Assembly (NCBI GenBank): GCA_002269645.1
Contig: NIVC01002896.1
Coordinates: forward strand, 62,001-126,000
Direction of reading: 5' to 3'
Origin: Macrostomum lignano
Lineage: Eukaryota
Length of the DNA: 64,000 bases
Shown: piece after piece, positions 11,643 through 20,950 of the stretch
How positions within the stretch are numbered: position 1 is the first letter of the stretch
Layout of the letters: the number at the start of each line of letters is the position of its first letter
Made by a program: the position numbers and the translations under genes
Notes under the pieces: model-generated
The model's database searches: none
Told to the model about the DNA's origin: nothing
What the model saw: the letters and a program-made list of their open reading frames with translations, nothing else

Positions 11643-12636
11643 GTTTAACTGGATCATATACGCGAGGAAGAGTTTGAAAATTACTCTCTCAAAGGCATAG
11701 CAGTATAGTTTCTGCCAAGGAAATTTGTTGAAGCCAAAAAATATGAAAATTATAGATTCCAGACGTAAATCTTGAGTTTTTTATACTAACTACTATTTTT
11801 TTAAAAACTTAAATCTGATCCGTTAGTGTGTGCAGGTGTGCCCCCCCCCCTGGTACGCATTTGTTTCCCGATCGATATTCAGATTGATATTCGAAAACTA
11901 ACAAAATCTCTGCTCTGCAAAAATATTTTAGAACGCTGTTTGACAGGAAAAAGTGCAACTTAGAACATTGCAAAAATAAAGTTTCAGCTCGATCCGTCCC
12001 TCTGACTCTAAATGGCACCGATTTTCGATGTGCTCCCATTTAAAATACATGTGATTTTATAAGGCAGATCGATATTCGAGTTCGCTCACTTTGGCTCGAC
12101 CATTCAACATGAAATTTTACACACTAAAAAGTGCAAACCAGAAACCGATAAATATACAGTTTCAGATCGATCCGTCACTCTGGCTCGAAATGGCACCGAT
12201 TTTCGATGTGCTCCCATTTAAAATACATGTGATTTTATAAGGCAGATCGATATTCGAGTTCGCTCACTTTGGCTTGACCATTCAACATGAAATTTTATCT
12301 GTTCGAGCTGCCAAAACTTATTTTCGATCTGAACGAACGAAGCAACTGCAAATTACGTAGTGAATTTAAACAGCGCTTTTTTAATTTTACGAGAACATCT
12401 AGGATCTAGACTGTTTCTTAAAGCATACTAGGTAATCGTATATTAGGAATTACGAATCGTGCATCTCATCGGTCGTGCAATCGCACAGTTTTTTTGTTAT
12501 AATTTTCCTTTACAAACTCTCATACTCCATCAGCCAGGTGCGGATCCAGGAATTTCTTGAGTGGGGCCTAATGCAATGCTAGATAACCGAGGGCCTTGGG
12601 GCCGGATTGGAAGGGCCGGATCTGGCCCTGGGGCCG

Positions 12637-14174
12637 GGAACCAGTTAATTCGGCGACAGGTTGACTTGGCGACAGTCAGTTCGGCGACATGAGGGGCCAT
12701 TGCGTTGAGTTTGAGTTTGCATGTTTACTCGGATTTCAAAATCAACATCGGATCGTATGTACATTACATGCACAATGAACTGTGTTCCACTCAAAAGCTC
12801 ATTCACAACCGCTATCAAATAAAGCTATCAAATCACACGACTGCTGTACAAAGTATAATGAAAAAAGGGAACACAAAGTTAAGTTAGCTTTTAAAATATA
12901 CAAAGCGAAGATCGAAAGTAAAAATGAGCTGCTTGCTGCTGTCCGCAGTCTTGTGCCACATGCACAACCTACAGCTGCTGTCATGGATTTCGAGGCTGCA
13001 GCTTGGCGAGCTGTCAGACAGCAGTTTCCAGATGCTCAACTTAGAGACTGTGTTTTTCACTATACGCAGGTGTGTAAGAGAATGAAATAGAACTTTGAAT
13101 GGGACCTTTAACAGATACTGTTAAACAGATTACTGTTACAGACCCTACTGTACTATAAGTTTTGCTTGCTTAAATTTACTTGTGTCATCAAACACATGCG
13201 TTTTACAGGCAATCTATCGCCACATTCAAAGCTCTGGACTGCAAAATTTGTACGTATCTGACTTTGAAGTACAGTCTGTGTGCCGAAAATTAATGTCGCT
13301 GCCGTTTCTTTCACATGAAGAAATTAGTCAGCAGTTTTTTCGGCTACGAACTGTAGTTCAGCTGGAGCCTCTACAACTTTTGTGCGACTATGTGCAGGCT
13401 ACATGGCTGCGAAGCACAATCTGGAGCATCCGGGAACTCAGTGTTTTCAAGAAGGACGTGCGCACAAATAATGACACCGAAGGGTGGCACAGGAAGCTGA
13501 ATGCCAGAGCACAGCGCGGTCGACTTCAATTTTACCTGCTGGTGCGGCTGTTGCACGAAGAGGCCCAGATAGTCTCGATCAGCGAAGGCGACGAAGACCA
13601 AATTATCGTCGAATGGAACAACAGTACCAGCGCTTCTGGGGCGAATACACGTCAGGAGCGCGGACCGCCGAAGGCTTGCTAGACGCGTGCAGCTTGCTGA
13701 ATGGCCCAAACTGATTAAGTTTTATATTGTTGTACGGCCTACTCCACCTAGTTTAAACTTTTTAAACAATTTTAAAAACTTTTTAGCTTTGAAACTTTTA
13801 AACGTTTTAGACTAACTTTTACACTCGCACAATCCATTAATTTGCTTGATCGTCAACATAAAATGAGTTGTACATGCAATGACAAATAAAATCGTAAATT
13901 AAATATGATGTGCATGCATACTTCTCTAATAAATAATTAATGCGTCAAAATGCGACTCGTAGACTGGGCGTACATTTAACCTCTTTGAAAACGTGTTATT
14001 TGGCATGGTTAAAACAAACCTTTATTTAAATGGCAAGGATGAATAGCAATATGTTAAATTTCGTTTTCTAGTTTCGTAGCTTTCGTAGCATTCGCCGAAT
14101 TGGCTGTCACCGAACTGACTTGTCGCCGAATTGGTTGTCGCCAAATTAGCTTGTCGCCGAATTAACTGGAAGCC
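12637..14174 (+). mobile_element. Mutator-like element, internally deleted, transposase pseudogene with one intron
   Basis: Perfect 9-bp TSD CTGGGGCCG (12628-12636 and 14175-14183). TIRs GG(A/CT)(A/T)CCAGTTAATTCGGCGACA with subterminal ttcggcgaca repeats. MDFEAAAW...DCVFHYTQ splices over a GT-AG intron (13070-13208) in frame to AIYRHIQ...RTNNDTEGWH. Frameshift near 13575; N-terminus missing. Confidence 0.92.
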
Positions 14175-14639
14175 CTGGGGCCGAGGGCTGTTGACCCCCT
14201 GCTATAAGTCTTAATTTATAAGTAAGTTAATTCTCATATAGCTCCAAGTCCCAAACAACGTTGTTGCCTTCATGCGTAAAATTTATGAGAAAGAAATAAC
14301 GTTTCCTGTCAGAATAGAACAAAACTTCTGGAAGGAACGTTTTCAACCTCGTTCTGACCCCCAGATTTGTGGTTTTTTTTCTGTTTTTGGTGATTTATGG
14401 CCGTCTAGCTGTCACTTTTGGCTCCAGCCTGTCTGGGTCAAAGAGGTCTTTCCAGCTTTCTCCCCACTCACTCTGTTGCTTTCTCCTTGGATTTATGGGC
14501 GTTTTGCTGTCACTTTTGGCGCCAGGATGTCTAGACAAGTGACTTTTATTATGTTTTGCTTATGATTTATGACCGCACCTGTCAACTTCCCTGGGGTCTG
14601 AAGGCCACCTGGTGGGGTGGGTTTTGGGGTCTTGAGCTC

Positions 14640-15117
14640 AGCCAATCAGAGTCGACCTAACTGCCCCTGGCTCGACCAATCAGAAAATTCGGCGCCTATT
14701 TTAACAAAAGCTCTCAGCCAATCGGAAAATTCGGCGTGCGTTATAACAAATCGGCCGCATGAGAGCTATAAAAGGCGGCAACTCGACCCGCGCTCGAGTA
14801 ACCCGCCTCCTCCGGGACCTTCCCTGCCCTGCTGCTTCCTCTTCTGGTCCTGCCGACCTGATCCCCCTTTCCCCGGCAGTTTCGGCTTCAACAGCTAAGT
14901 TCCCCCTAAGAAGCATCATCAATATCTCCCGGCAGTGATCTAAGAGCAGCAACGACTATCGGCAAGCGAAGAGCAGCGGCGGCAATTCGTCAGTCAAGAT
15001 CAGCAACAGCATCCCATCTGAGCGCTTCAGTCTCTGTGGATTCCTTGGCTACCGGCCGATAGGTCCTCTGATTGGTTTGGTTTTAGACAGCTAAAAGACA
15101 CTAGATGGCAGGTAAGT
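14640..15117 (+). promoter_or_regulatory. Pol II promoter-like module: three CCAAT boxes, TATA, putative non-coding first exon and splice donor
   Basis: CCAAT at ~14643, ~14676 and ~14718; TATAAAA at 14767-14773; CAG|GTAAGT donor at 15112. It lies within a ~1.02-kb TGTCAG...CTGACA-bounded segment (14307-15326). Confidence 0.55.
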
Positions 15118-15990
15118 GCAGTGCCCCTCTAGTCGGAAGTCCGATTCCGATAGCTCCGGTTTGGTGAGCCAGGGCGCACGGACTGGTGGCAGCGAGTTAG
15201 TTAATCCGCGGGTTAGCTAATTTCTACCTTTCAAATTCTCCCTGCTTGTCTCTCGCTGTCTTCGCCTAGCTATAGGACCTTGCTGCTCGCCCACAATCTA
15301 GCTACCATGGGGCTGACCATCTGACAGGAGTGAGAGGCCAGAGTTCTAAGTGATTTATTTCTGAGTTCTGAGGCCCGAAGCTACAGGCTTAAAAAGGCCG
15401 AACCCACCAGGAGCACATCGAAAATCGGTGCCATTTCGAGTTAGAGGGACGGATCGATCTGAAACTGTATATTTATTGGTTTCTGGTTTGCACTTTTTAG
15501 TGTGTAAAATTTCATGTTGAATGGTCGAGCCAAAGTGAGCGAACTCGAATATCGATCTGCCTTATAAAATCACATGTAGCTATTTTAAATGGGAGCACAT
15601 CGAAAATCGGTGCCATTTAGAGTCAGAGGGACGGATCGAGCTGAAACTTTATTTTTGCAATGTTCTAAGTTGCACTTTTTTCCTGTCAAACGGCGTTCTA
15701 AAATATTTTTGCAGAGCAGAGATTTTGTTAATTTTCGAATATCAATCTGAATATCGATCGGGAAACAAATGCGTGCCCCCGGTCGGTGTGCATACGGCAT
15801 ATTAGATCTTGGATCAGAAAAGAAGAGATGCGACGGTCGACGGAGACTGGTAGGCCTATACTATGTTTATAACCAGATAAGTCTAGACCACTCATATATT
15901 TGTTATATAAGACGTGTATTAACTGAAACATCTAAAATAGGCCTATCAACTGCCAACTGGACTAATCTCAAAATCCAACTACTGTGGTCT

Positions 15991-16495
15991 GTGTGTAATA
16001 TATGCTAGAAAATTCTGGCATACAAATGACCTTTTTCAAAGTTGGCATAGGCTACAAATTTTGGCATACAAATTCATGCAATTTTTTGGTGTACCAGTAT
16101 TGGTGATACTGATGTCGTGCATGAAAATTGTAAAGTAACAACTTTTTTATGTGAAATAATAGAAAATTTATATAGTCTAGAAAGTCAGTGATAAACTTTT
16201 TTCATCTTTAAAATTAACAATAAATAAAATTAGTATAAATAATTGCTGAGAACATAAATTTTGCATTATTATTTATGTAGGTTTGATTTAAGTTTGTTTA
16301 AAATGAAAATATTTGTAATATTTTAAAAAGACTTTTCATACAAAAGCCTTTCTTAGGAAACTCTACTTGTGAAAACTGAATGAAATTTTTAGGCAGAATT
16401 TTTGGCATACATTTTAGGGAAATTTTTTGCTTTTGGTATATATTGGTATACATTTAGCAAAGATAGGATTCTTGTTCTGGCATATATTACTACAC
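15991..16495. mobile_element. Decayed MITE at the left edge of the CpG-void block
   Basis: TIRs gtgt(a)gtaatatatgc(t/c)agaa at 15991 and, reverse complemented, ending 16495. Multiple subterminal ttggcatac repeats. Confidence 0.6.
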
Positions 16496-18532
16496 AATCT
16501 GGACCCTAGAGGCCTACTTTTTATTTTAGATTACTATTTTCTTAGTTGGCTAGACAACTAGTGGCTCAAGTTGCCTGAGACATCACCTATGTACACAATA
16601 AGCTTCCAATATAGCAATGCCTCAGGGTAGTTAGGTCGTAGGTCAAATTGGTAACAAGACATTTTAGTAATAATAACTTTGGTAACAACTTGGGACATTT
16701 TGATTATACCAATGGTCAATTTAGTAACAAACTTTTTAGGTATGCAGTCATTTTGTCTGCTGCCTTTTTATCTGCTCGCAGACAAAATGATTATTAAAAA
16801 GAAAAAGTAAAGTATAGATATATAGGCCTAACTTGTCAAGCTATTTTTTGACAAAATTTTATGACAATAGTAGCCAGACAGGTAGTTTGCAGTTAAATAT
16901 GATCATGATTGGCTGGCTATTATGAGCATTGTTATGATCCTTGGCCCCACCCCCATCTAATGATAATAATGCATTTGCTATCCTATTGCAAAGTTTATTC
17001 ATAATGAACAAAAAGTTAGTATATAGGTCGAGTCAAGTCGATGTTTGGTGGTCTCTTGGGTAATATTTTTAGATAAATTTGTATTTTTAAAAATGATTTT
17101 GTTATCTTAGCTTTAGGTATTTTAAGATATACAGTATATATAATCCTTTTAATTGGTAGACAAAATAACTGCATTGCATTTTTGCAGACAAAAGAGTAGT
17201 AGACAAACTGGCAGCAGATAAAACGACCATCAACCACTTTTTATACTTGATTTTACTATTTTCCATTGTTAAATATTGATATATAGCTGTTGATAAACTT
17301 TTATTAAAGTTATAAAGGTCTGTATGATAGGCCTATCAATTATCACTTTTTAATACATTCTGAAACAAAACACTACAGTGCACACTTGCATTATAAGCAC
17401 AAGCATTAGCTATGGGTGCACATTGCATGGCAGTGGTTCTTTTTTCCTGGTTGGAAGTCTTCACTGGCTTTGCAATTTAAGGTCACAGCATAGTATATGT
17501 AGATTATGCTGAGTGCATCTGTAATATTCATGATCATCATACCTATAGTAAAAACCATAGCTATATGAGTATCCTTTTGAATAAACAAAAATGACTGAAC
17601 CTCCAATTGCTTCCATTTTGAAGTACCTCAAATGTCTCTAGACAATTGTGATCAGTGATTGGTTAAACATCTAGGTCTTCAATCTATAAATCAGCAATAG
17701 TAGCAACTTGAATTTTGGCATTGCTCTTTACCTCATCACTTGCTACTACCAGCAGCAGCAACTTTAAATTTAGCATCACTTTCTATATGTACCTCCTGAG
17801 TAATGCAGATCATATAGCACTAAGAAAAATAACTCTTCATCATTTTTTTATACAATGCAGCAGAAATGAATAATGCTCCTAAAAAAACAAAAACAATTTA
17901 GCAATTTACCCTTTTTCCACATACCCTTTCTCCCCTCTTCTTTCTTTCCCTTCTGTCTTCCCCCCTATCTTTTCTATTCCCTCTTCATTCTCTCCTCTAC
18001 CTTCTTCCTTTCTACCCTCTTTTTCCCTCTTCCATTCTAAGAGTGAATACATGCTAATTTGATAGAATGCAGAATATAAAGCATAAACTTACTACTCAAA
18101 CACAGTTGATGGAACCAATGTTTGCAATGTCATAACTTAGTGCAGGTTGCTCATTAGTTACTGCTCTGACATATGCTAGATAGACATCTTCAACTTCCAT
18201 TAGACAATTAGTTAATGAGCTGGTATACTTTAGCTAGCTAGTTGCTTTTTAGATGCAAAGAAGATAAAGTTGATATTCTTGATAGTTAAAGAGTAAATAT
18301 ATTGGTATATGGTCTTGTGTTCAATTGCTTCTATACAAATATAGATATAGGATATACACGCAATATATAATACATATAATGTGATGGCCATCTTAACCAA
18401 TATGATATATCACAGAAGTTCAATTGCATAGAAAGAAATAAAGTAAGCAATTTTGATAGACCACATCCATTCAGATTACCTAGAATAACTTACTTCTATG
18501 ATTCATAGGTTTAGCAGGCTGCAACAAGTAAT

Positions 18533-18928
18533 TGTAATGCAATGATCAAGTGCCAACAATAGCATAGCAATTTTCTTACATAGTATAATTATCATTTTCA
18601 CTTAATTGTGTTACTAAATGAACTAATAGGTGTTATTTATTTACTAAATATAGAAGACCAAGTTTGTATGACTTATATTCATATGTTTGATACAATTTGA
18701 TACAATATGATATAACATAGATATATTATAGATACAGATACTATGTTATATCATATTGTATCAAATTGTATCAAACATATGAATATAAGTCATACAAACT
18801 TGGTCTTCTATATTTAGTAAATAAATAACACTTATTAGTTCATTTAGTAACACAATTAAGTGAAAGTGATAATTATACTATGTAAGAAAATTGCTATGCT
18901 ATTGTTGGCACTTGATCATTGCATTACA
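18533..18928. repeat. Near-perfect inverted repeat (188-bp arms, 20-nt spacer)
   Basis: 18533-18720 is the reverse complement of 18741-18928 with two transition mismatches seen. Spacer atatattatagatacagata. Confidence 0.95.
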
Positions 18929-19329
18929 TATTTCACATAGTCACAAGCTATGACCATAAGTTTACTTGCTTCAATATCAATGTTAAATGCTTCAATGTCA
19001 ATAGAAACTGTATGCCAACAATTTATCTTGCTCAATTAACTAACTTAACCATAATCTATATTCTATAAGGTGCATAGTGGTGGACTTTTATAGAAAAAGT
19101 GTGGATGTAGTCTTATATAAAAGAAAAATATTATTTTGACAAATATGTCAAAACCAACTTTCAAGGAGTTGCACTCATTTAATTATCACTTGAATGCAAT
19201 CCTCTATTATAAGGTTAAAATTTCCAAGGGGTCTTTAGCTCGTATAAGAGATATGCTTCCCAAGTCAGACAATACTTCTTGTCCATCTTGTCTAGCAGTT
19301 AGAGCCAGCTAGCTCAAATATATAGCACC

Positions 19330-19715
19330 AACCATTATCCTGCTTATTGATATTTTGTTATATATAGTAGGCCTTCTTTATTAGTAGATAGTCAATGTTT
19401 GAAGGCAGCAGCTTCTGAGCTCCATTGTTGTGCCATTGATGCTAGTCATAGAAGTAGTCCTTGTCATCTAAAATAATGTTTTTAGTTGATCAAGTTAATA
19501 ACTGGTAATATATTGTGGGTAACTAAATAATGTATAGTTCACTTACAGTTCTCTTTGTCAATAGCAAACAAGAAAACATCTTTACAATTTGGTCTAACAG
19601 GAGGCTTGTCAATACAGACAGATTTGTCTAATTTACATAAAATATCATATGCCTCAACTGGAATCAGTATATAGTGACCTTTAGAAGTATAATAGTCATT
19701 GACACTGAGAATGAA
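19330..19715 (-). pseudogene. Relic spliced coding sequence with a CG-1 (CAMTA-type)-like DNA-binding motif, probably transposon-derived
   Basis: Manual translation: KGHYILIPVEAYDILCKLDKSVCIDKPPVRPNCKDVFLFAIDKEN | GT-AG intron 19546-19468 | YDKDYFYD*HQWHNNGAQKLLPSNIDYLLIKKAYYI*. PPxRPxxxxVFLF...DxxxDxHxW resembles CG-1 domains from memory; unverified. Confidence 0.4.
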
Positions 19716-20389
19716 ATTTTAACTCCTAGCATTCTTACAATTCATTTCAAGTCAAAAGAGCTACTTGACTTTTGCAAAAAAGCCTGTTTTTCAAATATTT
19801 AATCCATTTAGCATCAAGCAATTTCTTAGCCAAGATACATGTACTGGCACAGGAAAATTTCTAATTGAACATTACAAGTTCAAAGAAAATTGGTTGAGCT
19901 GTTTTTTCTAATTGATCACATAGTCATCTAAAATTCTAAACAAACTTTTAGCACTTGTAACTTTTGAACCATAACAGAACAGTTTTTGCGCTTCTATGTG
20001 TTTAGTTATTTTAGAATTCATAAGCAGCTATGTGAAAAATATAAAACTAGAAGTTTGACACTTCTGGTTACATAATTCTAGTTAAATAATACATAATTAA
20101 GCTAAGGGGGCTAAATAGGAACATTATATCATGAGCAAGGTATATTATTATGAGCAAAACATTATAATGAGCATGGGTGACTAAATATAATGAGCATAAT
20201 ATAATGAACAAGACATTATACTACAAAAGTAGCATGTAAACAATAGAATGTAATATTATAAGCAATGGCATGTGAGCATAATAAAATAAGCAATAACATA
20301 AAAATATTTTGCAACTTTATTTTACTCAAAATGTCAGTTCAATTGAAATTAGTTTATGCTAAACTCCATTGACTGGCTATCTTGTACTG

Positions 20390-20950
20390 GTCAATTGACT
20401 TCTATTACAGTCTAGCACATTTCATGTTGCAGCTGAAGCTGCCAGTAAGCCTAGCTGGACTGCATGATCAATTGCAGTGCATATATTACCACTTGCTTTT
20501 AGGTGACTATGCATTGTTCATGTGAAAATGAGGCTCTTAGCTCTTGGAACACCATCTTTGGTTCACTCATCTAGGGTAAAAACCCTTTGCCATCTAATCG
20601 TAGTAGTGCAATTCACATAAAATAGATCTTCAGCTGGCCAATCAGTTGTTTGTAGCTTTCATGTTGCAAGCCTAGGATCTCTGCTAGAATGGCCTAATAG
20701 TTTTCCCCAAATGCCATCTTATTTTGTTGGGCTGGTCACTGGTTCCTATGCACCCCTAGTGACCAGTGTGCTTTTCTGCTTGCCTTTTCAATATTGCCAG
20801 GCAAGTGTTGGAATTGTGTGGCACCAGAGTCATCTTTATGACAAACAATTTCAGAGCTGGCCACTTACTCTCTTGAATGTTTACCACCCCTCTTGGCTAT
20901 TGGGTGTCCATCACCTCTTTTGAGGTATGTACCACCTCTTCTTTTGTTCT
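20390..20950 (-). pseudogene. Relic open reading frame interrupted by isolated stops
   Basis: About 185 codons of protein-like translation (…HLPGNIEKASRKAHWSLG…AILAEILGLQHESYKQLIGQLKIYFM…) with only scattered single TAG/TGA/TAA stops. Family unidentified. Confidence 0.3.

Larger units (their letters stand above)
11852..15777. mobile_element. Non-autonomous composite DNA element with ~355-bp terminal inverted repeats
   Basis: 11852-~12205 is the reverse complement of ~15410-15777 (ggtacgcatttgtttcccgatcg... versus ...cgatcgggaaacaaatgcgtgcc). Each TIR contains an internal ~175-bp repeated subunit. No clear TSD. Confidence 0.85.

Noticed and set aside
15391-15409. Retroviral primer-binding site (TGGTGGGTTCGG, minus strand)
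   Set aside because: I could not match it to a known tRNA 3' end, and there is no adjacent LTR end in the right orientation or gag/pol sequence.
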